Assembly (NCBI GenBank): GCA_947169745.1
Contig: CAMVQZ010000002.1
Location: 2,208 to 66,207 of the forward strand
Origin: an uncultured Clostridia bacterium
GTDB taxonomy: Bacteria; Bacillota; Clostridia; Oscillospirales; Acutalibacteraceae
Reading direction: 5' to 3'
Length of the DNA: 64,000 nt
Position 1 is the stretch's first letter. Every line of letters starts with the position of its first letter. The translations under genes were made by a program, and so were the position numbers. The notes under the pieces are model-generated. The model was not told the DNA's origin and searched no databases. It saw only the letters and a program-made list of their open reading frames with translations. Shown here piece after piece: positions 27,489-36,818 of this stretch.

Positions 27489-27917
27489 ATGGATATAAAG
27501 ATAAAGGAAATAACCAAAGAGCTGAACGGAAGAAAAACTGTTGTAGGTGAAACCGAGATCGGCGGCTTCCTCGGCACATGGATGGCGAGGGACATTGAAC
27601 CGGAATTGGGAAAAACCTACAGCTGCGAGCTGCTTCTCCCGGATCTTCGGGCTGAGGATATGACTATTCTCAGCAATGATAAAAACACCCCTGTTTATAC
27701 AGAGATTGATCTCAACCGAAATGTTGTATTCAAGGGACTTATCGAAGCCTCGGAAAGCGGCGGTATAGTCGTCAGCTTTTCCCCCAATTGGATCGAATGC
27801 TTTGAGATAAGCGGGAGTGGGATCAATGTATATGATTCCGTCAAGTTTGTTCTTTCAAAGGAGCAGATAGAAATATACGCCTACGAAGTCATTCGTGAAG
27901 AAGATAGTCAGGAATAA
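27489..27917 (+). CDS. Hypothetical protein
   Basis: 142-aa ORF with an AGGAG RBS upstream of ATG 27489 and a strong terminator after it. I recognise no motifs. Confidence 0.5.
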   Translation: MDIKIKEITKELNGRKTVVGETEIGGFLGTWMARDIEPELGKTYSCELLLPDLRAEDMTILSNDKNTPVYTEIDLNRNVVFKGLIEASESGGIVVSFSPNWIECFEISGSGINVYDSVKFVLSKEQIEIYAYEVIREEDSQE

Positions 27918-27925
27918 AAAAACAC

Positions 27926-27970
27926 GCACCGTCTGAGAACCAGGTTCCGGGACGGTGCATTTTTTATTTT
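27926..27970. terminator. Bidirectional rho-independent terminator
   Basis: GCACCGTC (27926-27933) pairs with GACGGTGC (27951-27958), followed by a T-run and preceded by an A-run. Confidence 0.75.
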
Positions 27971-29439
27971 TATTTCTTTCCGGACAATGCCTTGGGCATT
28001 CTGAACCACAGTCTGATATTGCAGGCAAGAAGCATGGGATATATCTCCAGCCTTCCGAAGAGCATGGCTGCTGAAAGCACAATCTTCGATAAATATGAAT
28101 AGCCCGAAAAGCTGCACATGGGGCCGACCTTTGAAAATCCGGGTCCCACATTATTGCAGCAGGCTGCTGCTGCGGAGATATTTGTCTCGAAATTCATAGA
28201 ATCAAAGGATATTATAAGAAATACCGTGGCAATAAAAATAATATATATCATAAAATATACACTGACGCTCTGAAGAACAGTTTTATCCACCGGCTTTCCG
28301 TCCACCTTTATCGCGGCTACAGACCTGGGATGAAGCAGAGTGCAGATATCTCTCCTCACCATTTTTGCCATCAGCATAAGCCTGGATATCTTAAGACCGC
28401 CGGCTGTGGATCCGGCACAGCCTCCAAGGAACATCAGTATAAACAGGACAGCCTTTGCAAGAGGCGGCCACAAATCAAAATCTGCGCTTGAAAAGCCCGT
28501 GGTCGAGCTGATCGATACCACCTGGAACATTGAATGTCTCACTGTATCATGAACATTTCCATAGATAGGATAGACGCTGTATCCCACTATCGCAGTAGAA
28601 AGAAAAACAATTACTGTATATACCCAGAGCTCCCGGTTCTTTATAACCGGGACGATCTTTTTTATCAGAATAAGATAAAACAGATTGAAATTCAGACTGA
28701 ATATGAACATAAACGCTGTTATGACCCATTGGATATATGGACTGTAGCTTCCGATGGAGTCCGCCCTTATCCCGAAGCCTCCGGTACCCGCTGTACCAAG
28801 AGAGTGAATAACACTGTCAAAAACCGGCATTCCGCCGCAGAGAAGAAATATCATCTCCGCTACAGTCAGAGCAAAATATATTATATAGAGTATCTTTGCA
28901 GTGTTTTTTATTTTAGGCACCAGCTTGCCGATAACAGGCCCTGCCATTTCTGCCCGGAGAATATGAATGGATCTTCCTCCTCCGGAAGGTGCTATTGCCA
29001 TTACCAGAACAAGTATTCCCATGCCGCCTATCCAGTGGGTAAAGCTGCGCCAGAAAAGCATACTATGGCTCACAGTCTCCACGTCATTCAATATGGTAGC
29101 ACCTGTGGTAGTGAAACCGCTCACGGTCTCAAAAACCGCGTCTATATAATTTGGTATCTGACCGCTGATAGTGAAGGGAACCGCTCCCATCAGGGAAAGC
29201 ATTATCCAGGCAAAGGATACAGTTGAAAATCCTTCCTGGGCAAATATGACCTTATTCTTCGGCTTAAGCAAAATAACAGGAATAAGTCCCAGCAAAGCAG
29301 AAATAATTATAGTCAGAGAAAATGCCAGAAGCTCCACCCATTCTCTGTAGATAAGGGAGACTATCAGCGGAAGTATAAGCATTGCCGATTCCAGGACAAG
29401 GATCTGCCCCACCCGGAATAGTATCATTCTTCGATTCAT
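27970..29439 (-). CDS. trkH: Potassium uptake protein TrkH (membrane subunit)
   Basis: 489-aa polytopic protein containing TTTG and TAGTGGF (pore-loop-like repeats of the TrkH/KtrB family). It lies directly downstream of trkA. Confidence 0.9.
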   Translation of the reverse strand: MNRRMILFRVGQILVLESAMLILPLIVSLIYREWVELLAFSLTIIISALLGLIPVILLKPKNKVIFAQEGFSTVSFAWIMLSLMGAVPFTISGQIPNYIDAVFETVSGFTTTGATILNDVETVSHSMLFWRSFTHWIGGMGILVLVMAIAPSGGGRSIHILRAEMAGPVIGKLVPKIKNTAKILYIIYFALTVAEMIFLLCGGMPVFDSVIHSLGTAGTGGFGIRADSIGSYSPYIQWVITAFMFIFSLNFNLFYLILIKKIVPVIKNRELWVYTVIVFLSTAIVGYSVYPIYGNVHDTVRHSMFQVVSISSTTGFSSADFDLWPPLAKAVLFILMFLGGCAGSTAGGLKISRLMLMAKMVRRDICTLLHPRSVAAIKVDGKPVDKTVLQSVSVYFMIYIIFIATVFLIISFDSMNFETNISAAAACCNNVGPGFSKVGPMCSFSGYSYLSKIVLSAAMLFGRLEIYPMLLACNIRLWFRMPKALSGKK

Positions 29440-29454
29440 TTCATAGTACCGTCC

Positions 29455-30813
29455 TTATCTGAACATATCCGAAAGATCATTGAGCCTGTGTCCGGCTGTG
29501 ACAACGATCACCCGGTCTCCCGGCATGATACAGTCGGAACCGGTTGGCAGCACTGAGCTGCCGTTTCTGAAAATTCCGGCAACAAGGATATTCTCTTTTA
29601 TTTTCAGTTCACTGAGGGGTATCCTGCCGTATCCGAAATCATTGCTGACATTGAATTCCAGCACCTCAGCCTTTCCGTCCATTATCTTATACAGGGTCTC
29701 AACATTACTTCCCATGGAGTTTTCGAGAGCCCTTGCATACTGGGAGAGAATGGAGGAAACCGTCTCCTTCGGAGATATAACGCATTCCAGACCAAGATTT
29801 CTTGCCATTTCAGCCAGCTCGCTGCGGTTGATCTTTGCAATTACAGTCTTGACAGATCTCGAAGCCGCAAGAATGGATATAAGGATATTTTCCTCGTCCA
29901 TTCCCGTCAGAGCGACAAAGGCATCAGTACTTCCGAGCCCCTCTTCGGTGAGTACTTCCTGGCTTGCTCCGTCGCCGTTTATTATCACAGCCCTTGGCAG
30001 CAGCTCAGATAATTCGTCGCATCTGCGGGGATCCTTCTCAAGTATCTTTACCCGGTGTCCCGAATCTCCCAGAACCCTGGCAAGATAATATGCTATCCTG
30101 CTGCCTCCCACAAGCATTATATTCTTTGCCTGTTTGCGGTCAAGGCCAAGAGCCTTTGTCATTTTTGCTGTTTCAGCAGGAGGTGTGGTTATTCCGATCC
30201 TGTCCCCTGCCCTGAGTATGAAATTACCGTCCGGGATACAAACCTCGTCCCCGCGTTGAACATCACATACCAGGAATTTCGCTTTGAATTTATTTCTGAT
30301 ATCCGCAAGCCTTGTATCCACAAGGGGAGAATCCTCCCGGATAATTATCTCCATAATCTCAAAGGATCTTCTGGAAAATGTCTCGATCTTTACAGCAGAG
30401 GGAAACTTTATTATATTGTATATCTCATGCGCAGCAAGAAGCTCCGGATTCAGTACAAGGGATATATCCAGCTGCTCCTTCAGGAAGCCCAGTCCCCTCA
30501 TATTGTATTCCGGTTTTCTTATTCTTGCTATGGTGTGCTTTGCTCCCATTTTTTTAGAAATAAAGCAGCTGAGCATATTAAGTTCATCGGAACTGGTAAC
30601 TGCAACAAGCAACTCGGTTTCTTCGATACCGGCATCTCTGAGTACATCGCAGTCTGTACCGCTTCCGCATACAGTCATCACATCATATATGTTTTCTATA
30701 TCCGAAAGAACCTTCGGATCGTTGTCAACTGCAATTACATTATGCCCTTCCTCAACAAGGCTGGCAACAATAGCTCCGCCTATCTTTCCGCAGCCCACTA
30801 CTACAATATTCAT
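29455..30813 (-). CDS. trkA: Potassium uptake protein TrkA (tandem RCK NAD-binding subunit)
   Basis: Two Rossmann motifs (VVVGCGKIGGAI and MLVGGSRIAYYLA), each followed by a TrkA-C domain. Start taken at ATG 30813. Confidence 0.9.
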   Translation of the reverse strand: MNIVVVGCGKIGGAIVASLVEEGHNVIAVDNDPKVLSDIENIYDVMTVCGSGTDCDVLRDAGIEETELLVAVTSSDELNMLSCFISKKMGAKHTIARIRKPEYNMRGLGFLKEQLDISLVLNPELLAAHEIYNIIKFPSAVKIETFSRRSFEIMEIIIREDSPLVDTRLADIRNKFKAKFLVCDVQRGDEVCIPDGNFILRAGDRIGITTPPAETAKMTKALGLDRKQAKNIMLVGGSRIAYYLARVLGDSGHRVKILEKDPRRCDELSELLPRAVIINGDGASQEVLTEEGLGSTDAFVALTGMDEENILISILAASRSVKTVIAKINRSELAEMARNLGLECVISPKETVSSILSQYARALENSMGSNVETLYKIMDGKAEVLEFNVSNDFGYGRIPLSELKIKENILVAGIFRNGSSVLPTGSDCIMPGDRVIVVTAGHRLNDLSDMFR

Positions 30814-30949
30814 ATACACCTCAGATATCTGACTTCTTTTTCATCTCAGCAATTTCAAAAAACTGCTATTCTCCTAATAATATATAATAAATCAAATTTG
30901 TAATAAGTCAATAGCAAACTAAAAAAATCCTCTTCCTTTTTCGTTATTC

Positions 30950-31074
30950 TATCACAAAATATGAAATTTTATCACAAACTTCCCCTCCGATCAGGTTTCA
31001 GGAATACATTTATACATAATTACAGCAAAATATTCATGTTTTTTGTTCCTATTGTCACGAATTTGTGATATAAT
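30950..31074. promoter_or_regulatory. Three exact TATCACAAA 9-mers (two direct, one inverted) in the divergent trkA / K+ channel promoter region
   Basis: TATCACAAA at 30950-30958 and 30970-30978. Its reverse complement at 31062-31070 overlaps an extended -10 element, TGATATAAT (31066-31074). Confidence 0.5.
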
Positions 31075-31134
31075 ACTATACAGATATGTCCTGCGATCTT
31101 CAACGATCATATTCTTTTGATACGGAGTAAGAAA

Positions 31135-32424
31135 ATGGAGGAAAAAAACAAAAAAACCAAAACCAGCCCCTCCGCTGACCAGGCAGACGATATGATAAAT
31201 GACAATGACCCGTCTGTCAACAGCTACGAGAGGTTCCGGAGAAAGATATTCAAAATGGTATCTGTGGGCGTCGTTGATATATTCATCAATCAGTTTTACG
31301 ATGTCCTCAGTACATCAATGCTGGTCATCAACCTCATAATAACGGTGATGAATACCTATGAGTCACTGAGATCCCGTTACAGCGTTCTCTTTGATTCTGT
31401 GGAGCTGATTACAGTAGTGTTTTTTGCAATTGATTATGTTCTCAGACTGTATACGGCCAAATGCCTGTATCCTGATAAAAAACACGCCGCAGCCGTTGTC
31501 AAGTATATTTTTTCCTTTTCGGGGATCATTGATTTTCTGTCATTCTTCCCTTATTTTATGCCAACATTTTTCCCTGCAGGAGCCGCTGTATTCAAGATGT
31601 TCAGAGTAGCCAGAATACTCAGGCTCTTCAGGATCAATGCCTATTATGATTCACTGAATGTTATCACTGAGGTCCTTCTGAGAAAAAAGCAGCAGCTGAT
31701 GTCATCTATCTTTATTATACTTGTTATGATGCTCGCATCCAGCCTTTGTATGTACAGCATCGAAAATCCTGTACAGCCGGAAGTATTCTGTAATGCCTTT
31801 TCCGGTATATGGTGGTCTGTTTCGACCCTGCTTACTGTTGGCTACGGGGATATTTACCCTGTCACCACAGCCGGAAAGCTGATGGGAATAATAATCGCCT
31901 TCCTGGGCGTAGGTATTGTCGCTATCCCCACCGGTATTATTTCTGCAGGCTTTGTTGAACAGTATTCAAGGCTGCAGAGCATCGGAAACGAATCGGAAGC
32001 AGATGTGAATTTCATCAGAATAAAGCTCAGAAAAACAGACAAGTGGGTGGGCAAAAGGATCGTTGACCTCTCTCTTCCCCACGGGATAATTATTGCTGTC
32101 ATCCTCCGGGGAGAAGTCACCATCATTCCAAAAGGAAATGTCCGGCTTTGCGCCGGAGACAGGCTGATAATGGGAGCCGACTCAATCAAGGGCGATACAC
32201 CGGTTTATCTCAAGGAGGTACTGGTGAGGGAAAGCCACCGCTGGAACGGCCAGATGATAAGGGATCTGGCTATTTCCAGACAGACCTATGTGGTAATGAT
32301 AAAAAGAAACAATACTTCTGTCATTCCCAAAGGGGATACCATTATCCACGAGGGGGATGAAGTCATTCTTGTTTCAAAAACAAATAACCGTATTTCAGGA
32401 GAGGCTGTCAGCGATGAGCTGTAA
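31135..32424 (+). CDS. Potassium channel (ion-transport domain with TVGYGD filter) fused to two TrkA-C/RCK-C domains
   Basis: S4-like segment RVARILRLFRI, selectivity filter TVGYGD, and C-terminal repeated GDRLIMG / GDEVILV TrkA-C motifs. Start ATG 31135 follows a GGAG RBS. Confidence 0.85.
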   Translation: MEEKNKKTKTSPSADQADDMINDNDPSVNSYERFRRKIFKMVSVGVVDIFINQFYDVLSTSMLVINLIITVMNTYESLRSRYSVLFDSVELITVVFFAIDYVLRLYTAKCLYPDKKHAAAVVKYIFSFSGIIDFLSFFPYFMPTFFPAGAAVFKMFRVARILRLFRINAYYDSLNVITEVLLRKKQQLMSSIFIILVMMLASSLCMYSIENPVQPEVFCNAFSGIWWSVSTLLTVGYGDIYPVTTAGKLMGIIIAFLGVGIVAIPTGIISAGFVEQYSRLQSIGNESEADVNFIRIKLRKTDKWVGKRIVDLSLPHGIIIAVILRGEVTIIPKGNVRLCAGDRLIMGADSIKGDTPVYLKEVLVRESHRWNGQMIRDLAISRQTYVVMIKRNNTSVIPKGDTIIHEGDEVILVSKTNNRISGEAVSDEL

Positions 32425-32734
32425 TATCGGCACGATATCTGATTTTTCTCAGATAATGCCAGCCGGGAATAACAATTTCACTTTCAGGTAGTAAGCAATC
32501 GGTTTATCCCGGCATTATTTCCACTAACAGTTATTACCAATTGTGGAAAAAATACAATTCTATAAAAATTTTATAAAAAAAATAAAAAATATAGTGACTT
32601 TTTACTATTTTTATGATATAATAATTAAAAATCGGAATTTTGTGTACTATGTATGCCTTTTCAGGCAAAAAATTCCTCAGATTATGTTGTTTCACGGCGC
32701 ATATACGGGAGCCGCGTATCAAAAAGGTGGTTCA

Positions 32735-33718
32735 ATGATAGAGCAAATTATAAATATTGACCGTATGGAGCAGGCTGTTGCCCTTTTCGGTACCTTCGAC
32801 GAAAACATCAAGCTGATACAGAATGAGTATATGGTATCTGTAATTTGCAGAGGCTCTGAGCTGAAGGTCACAGGAGAAGCAGAAAACGTTTCGAGAGCAG
32901 TACGGGTCATTGAGAGTCTTTTGGCTCTCGTAAACCGGGGCGAAGCCCTGAGTGATCAGAACGTCCGGTACTGTATGTCCCTTGTAAACGAAGGCAACGA
33001 ACACCGTATAGAACAGCTGGCTGGAGACTGTATTTGTATCACCTCAAGAGGAAAGCCGGTCAAGCCTAAGACACTGGGACAAAAGAACTATTGTTCTGCT
33101 ATCAACAAAAATACTATAACCCTGGGGATAGGTCCTGCGGGAACTGGAAAAACCTATCTTGCCGTCGCGATGGCAGTCACAGCATTCAGGGCAAGGGAAA
33201 TAAACAGGATAATCCTTACCAGACCGGCAGTAGAGGCCGGTGAAAAACTGGGCTTTTTGCCCGGCGATCTTCAGAGCAAGGTGGATCCTTATCTGCGGCC
33301 GCTTTATGACGCTCTTTTTGATATGCTGGGAGCAGAAACTTATCAGAAATATGTGGAAAGAGGTAATATCGAGGTTGCACCTCTTGCATATATGAGAGGC
33401 AGAACTCTTGATGACAGCTTTATCATTCTGGATGAAGCCCAGAATACAACTCCGGAGCAGATGAAAATGTTCCTAACTCGTCTGGGATTCAATTCAAAAA
33501 TGGTCATAACCGGAGATATCACCCAGATAGATCTTCCGGGAGGAGTGCGGTCAGGACTTAAGGAAGCTGCCAGGATACTGCGGAATATCGAAGGCATCGA
33601 ATGTGTTTCATTCAGTGCGTCGGATGTAGTCAGAAACAAATTGGTACAGGATATTATCAAAGCCTACGATAACGCTCAGGCAAGGGCACAACAGAATAAA
33701 AAGCCCTCTCAGAAATAA
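32735..33718 (+). CDS. phoH: PhoH-like ATPase
   Basis: Walker A GPAGTGKTYLAV and Walker B FIILDEAQN. Start ATG 32735 follows an AAAGGTGG RBS. The track ORF's 64-aa N-terminal extension lies in AT-rich promoter-like DNA. Confidence 0.9.
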   Translation: MIEQIINIDRMEQAVALFGTFDENIKLIQNEYMVSVICRGSELKVTGEAENVSRAVRVIESLLALVNRGEALSDQNVRYCMSLVNEGNEHRIEQLAGDCICITSRGKPVKPKTLGQKNYCSAINKNTITLGIGPAGTGKTYLAVAMAVTAFRAREINRIILTRPAVEAGEKLGFLPGDLQSKVDPYLRPLYDALFDMLGAETYQKYVERGNIEVAPLAYMRGRTLDDSFIILDEAQNTTPEQMKMFLTRLGFNSKMVITGDITQIDLPGGVRSGLKEAARILRNIEGIECVSFSASDVVRNKLVQDIIKAYDNAQARAQQNKKPSQK

Positions 33719-33768
33719 AACCCATTCATTGTGAGTAGTAATTCTAAAGAAAGGTATGGTCAGGAATA

Positions 33769-34278
33769 ATGGATAAGATCAAGGTTATTATCACAAACAA
33801 GCAAAAGGACGTAAAGATCCCCACTGGTCTTCGTATGCTAATCAGAAGGTGCTGCAATGCTGTTCTTACGATGGAAGAATTTCCCGGATCAGTGGAGGTA
33901 AGTGTTACTCTCGTTAATAATAAACAAATAAGAGAACTTAATAATGAATACAGGGATATCGACCGTGTAACAGACGTTCTTTCCTTCCCTATGGGAGAAA
34001 ACGGAAAATATGATACAGATCCCAGCACCGGAGCTAAAATGCTGGGTGATATCGTTATCTCGATGGAAAAGGCAGTTGAACAGGCTGAACGCTTTGGTCA
34101 CAGTCTGCAGAGAGAGATCGGTTATCTGACAGCACACTCAATGCTGCACCTTCTCGGATATGATCACGAGGACAACGGTCTCCAGAGACTTCGTATGAGA
34201 GAAAAGGAAGAGAAGGTAATGTCCCTTCTTGGTCTTCCCAGTTCCTCCAGCTATGTTAACAAGGACAACGAAGGATGA
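33769..34278 (+). CDS. ybeY: rRNA maturation endoribonuclease YbeY
   Basis: Metal-binding motif HSMLHLLGYDH; conserved phoH-ybeY-dgkA-era gene order. Confidence 0.9.
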   Translation: MDKIKVIITNKQKDVKIPTGLRMLIRRCCNAVLTMEEFPGSVEVSVTLVNNKQIRELNNEYRDIDRVTDVLSFPMGENGKYDTDPSTGAKMLGDIVISMEKAVEQAERFGHSLQREIGYLTAHSMLHLLGYDHEDNGLQRLRMREKEEKVMSLLGLPSSSSYVNKDNEG

Positions 34279-34772
34279 ACTTTCTGAGAAGCTTCAAATA
34301 CGCTTTTTTAGGTATTATATATTGTATAAAAAACGAGCGAAACATGAGGATACATACAGTGGCAGCCATGTATGTTCTGGTTTTTGCGCGTTTTTTTACG
34401 TTTAGCAGAGGAGAATATGCCGCTCTGATTCTGACTATCGGAGGAGTGATCTCTGCGGAGGCTCTGAATACTGCTGTGGAATGTCTTGCCGACCGGATAA
34501 CAAAAGAAAAGGATCCCCTTATCAAAGCTGCAAAGGACTGCTCAGCCGGAGCGGTTCTTATACTGGCGGCTTTGTCTGTAGTAATCGGAATTATACTTTT
34601 CGTGAAGCCGGAGGGCTTCATATGTATGTACAGCTACTATATTTCCCATCCCCTGGAGCTGGGAGCAACAGCGGCTCTTATCCCCCTGTCTCTTGTCTAT
34701 ATAATTGCAGGGCCTGTGGGAATTGCAAATGCGTTCAGAAAAAAAGGAAAAGGACGGAGGAATGACAAATGA
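34275..34772 (+). CDS. dgkA: Diacylglycerol/undecaprenol kinase family membrane protein
   Basis: Three-TM small kinase with NTAVE and AKDCSAGAVL motifs; its start and stop overlap the neighbouring genes. Confidence 0.8.
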   Translation: MNFLRSFKYAFLGIIYCIKNERNMRIHTVAAMYVLVFARFFTFSRGEYAALILTIGGVISAEALNTAVECLADRITKEKDPLIKAAKDCSAGAVLILAALSVVIGIILFVKPEGFICMYSYYISHPLELGATAALIPLSLVYIIAGPVGIANAFRKKGKGRRNDK

Positions 34773-35674
34773 GTAAAAAAACTGCATTCATTGCTATTGT
34801 AGGCAGACCAAATGTGGGGAAATCATCCCTTCTGAATAAAATGCTGAGGCAAAAGATCGCAATCGTATCTTCAAAGCCTCAGACCACAAGAACAAGAATA
34901 ATGGGAGTGCTGACTGAAAATGACACCCAACTGGTTTTCATTGATACTCCCGGTCTGCACAGACCAAGAAATGACCTGGATAAATTTATGCTCCGCTCTG
35001 TAAATGAGTCTGTTGCCGGGGTCGATGCCTGCCTGCTGGTGGTTGAGGCCGCAAGCAAGATAACAGAGGGAGAAAAAATGTTTGCTGAAAAATTCAGACA
35101 GCTGGGAATACCGGCAATTCTGGCTATAAACAAGACTGATACTGTTTCCGATAAATCTGTTCTTGCTCCTCAGATACAGGAGTTTTCTCAGCTTTATGAT
35201 TTCTGCTCGGTGGTCCCCTGCTCTGCCCAGACCGGTCAGGGCGTGGAGGATTTAAAGAAGGAGCTGCGTTCTCTGGCTCAGGAGGGCGGATATATGTTCG
35301 ACGAGGACACTCTGACAGACCAGCCGGAAAGGGTTATTGCAGCTGAAATGATAAGAGAAAAGCTGCTGCGGCTCCTGGATAAGGAGATACCCCACGGAGC
35401 TGCAGTATTTGTGGAAAGAATGAAGGAAAGACCGGATTCTGATATTATTGATATAGACGCAACAATCTTCTGTGAGAGGAACAGCCACAAGGGTATCATC
35501 ATCGGAAAGGGTGGAGCCATGCTTAAAAAGATAGGCAGCTATGCCCGCTCGGATATGGAAAAATTCTTCGGATGCAGAATAAACCTTAAGATCTGGGTCA
35601 AGGTCAAGGAGGACTGGCGCAACAGGGAAAATATCCTGAGAAGCCTGGGATATGACGACCGAAATTTCGACTGA
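34769..35674 (+). CDS. era: GTPase Era
   Basis: G1 GRPNVGKSS, G3 DTPG, G4 NKTD and a C-terminal KH domain (GIIIGKGGAMLKKIG). Confidence 0.95.
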   Translation: MSKKTAFIAIVGRPNVGKSSLLNKMLRQKIAIVSSKPQTTRTRIMGVLTENDTQLVFIDTPGLHRPRNDLDKFMLRSVNESVAGVDACLLVVEAASKITEGEKMFAEKFRQLGIPAILAINKTDTVSDKSVLAPQIQEFSQLYDFCSVVPCSAQTGQGVEDLKKELRSLAQEGGYMFDEDTLTDQPERVIAAEMIREKLLRLLDKEIPHGAAVFVERMKERPDSDIIDIDATIFCERNSHKGIIIGKGGAMLKKIGSYARSDMEKFFGCRINLKIWVKVKEDWRNRENILRSLGYDDRNFD

Positions 35675-35923
35675 TAAGGCTTTGTTTTTTCCAGGCTTCA
35701 GTATTAAATGTCTGCACAAAAAAACGGCAATAATTTTCCGTATACAGGGATATAATATATCATAAGCATTTATTGAATCCTTTGCTCACAGGAGGCAAGG
35801 ACAAGCTGCAGGCCTGCTTTCGTTCGGCAGAGACCGGAAGATGCTGAACGATACAGCTGCCGCCTAAGAAGCGGATATACCTTGCGGCTGTATTCTTCTG
35901 TTATGTATACGGAGGGCTGTAAA

Positions 35924-36103
35924 ATGGACGAAAACCGCGCTTGGGAAATATTTGTTTCCACAGGACGTATTGAGGATTATCTCAATTACAGGGAAGTAAA
36001 AAATATGACGTCAGGCGTCTTTTGTACGGATGCGGAGGATGTAAATGATAATTCAGACGGAAGGTCTAATCCTGACCGAACAACCGATAAAAGAAAAAGA
36101 TAA
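35924..36103 (+). CDS. YqzL-like small protein
   Basis: AWEIFVSTGRIEDYLNYRE resembles the YqzL family, which lies between era and recO in Bacillus. It has a GGAGGG RBS, and its 3' end overlaps the recO start in another frame. Confidence 0.55.
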   Translation: MDENRAWEIFVSTGRIEDYLNYREVKNMTSGVFCTDAEDVNDNSDGRSNPDRTTDKRKR

Positions 36104-36788
36104 GCTGATCACCATACTTACCAGAAAAGAAGGGCTTATCCGCTGTTTTGTCAAAGGCAGCAAAAATCTCAGCAGTAAATACTGCGCTTCGACACAGGCA
36201 ATGACATTTTCCAGATTATCCCTTTATTCCGGAAAAAGCAGCTATAACATCAATGATGCAGAAGCAATTGAATTGTTTATCGGTCTGAGAAATGATCTGG
36301 AAAAATTCTCTCTGGGACAGTATTTCTGCGAGGTCGCTATCAATATGATACCTGACTCAGCAGAAAGTGATGAATTTCTCAGCCTGATACTCAATTCCCT
36401 TTATCTTCTCTCAAACGACAAAAAACCGAATCTCCAGATAAAGGCTGTTTTTGAATTGAGGTTTCTTTCCCTTGCAGGATATATGCCTGATCTTGTGGGA
36501 TGTAAATGCTGCGGGCAATACAGCTCGGACATCATGTACTTTATTCCGGATGAGGGAAAAATAATATGCTCTGACTGCTTTGACGGAACAAAAAAGGCAG
36601 AAATGCTTTCTCCGGGAGTGCTTACAGCGATGAGAACTGCTGTTTTTGCCGATCCTAAAAAGATCTTTGCATTCTCTCTTTCAGAAAGCAGTCTCCGGGA
36701 TCTGGCTGATATTTCAGAAAAATATATGCTCAGGCACTGCGACAGGGAGCTTCGTGCTCTCGCCTTTTATAAGTCACTGGCAATCTGA
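36045..36788 (+). CDS. recO: DNA repair protein RecO
   Basis: N-terminal OB fold (TEGLILTEQPIKEKDKLITILTRKEGLI) and the zinc motif CKCCG...CSDC; conserved position after era. Confidence 0.9.
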   Translation: MIIQTEGLILTEQPIKEKDKLITILTRKEGLIRCFVKGSKNLSSKYCASTQAMTFSRLSLYSGKSSYNINDAEAIELFIGLRNDLEKFSLGQYFCEVAINMIPDSAESDEFLSLILNSLYLLSNDKKPNLQIKAVFELRFLSLAGYMPDLVGCKCCGQYSSDIMYFIPDEGKIICSDCFDGTKKAEMLSPGVLTAMRTAVFADPKKIFAFSLSESSLRDLADISEKYMLRHCDRELRALAFYKSLAI

Positions 36789-36818
36789 TCACACACAACC
36801 AATGTAAGGAACAAAAAA

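Noticed and set aside
29480-30903. Long plus-strand ORFs (202, 282 and 182 aa) antisense to trkA
   Set aside because: They are fully contained within the well-supported trkA gene on the other strand. The peptides are Ser/Leu/Ile-rich with no motifs.
30820-31134. Possible c-di-AMP (ydaO) or other riboswitch upstream of the potassium transport genes
   Set aside because: The region is very AT-rich and lacks the GC-rich paired elements and conserved ACGGGG/CCCG-type cores expected. A protein-operator explanation (the TATCACAAA sites) fits better.
32543-32734. 64-aa N-terminal extension of PhoH
   Set aside because: It is encoded by extremely AT-rich promoter-like DNA (runs of A/T) and would give a Phe/Tyr/Ile/Lys-rich peptide. 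ATG 32735 has an AAAGGTGG RBS and yields a normal-length PhoH.
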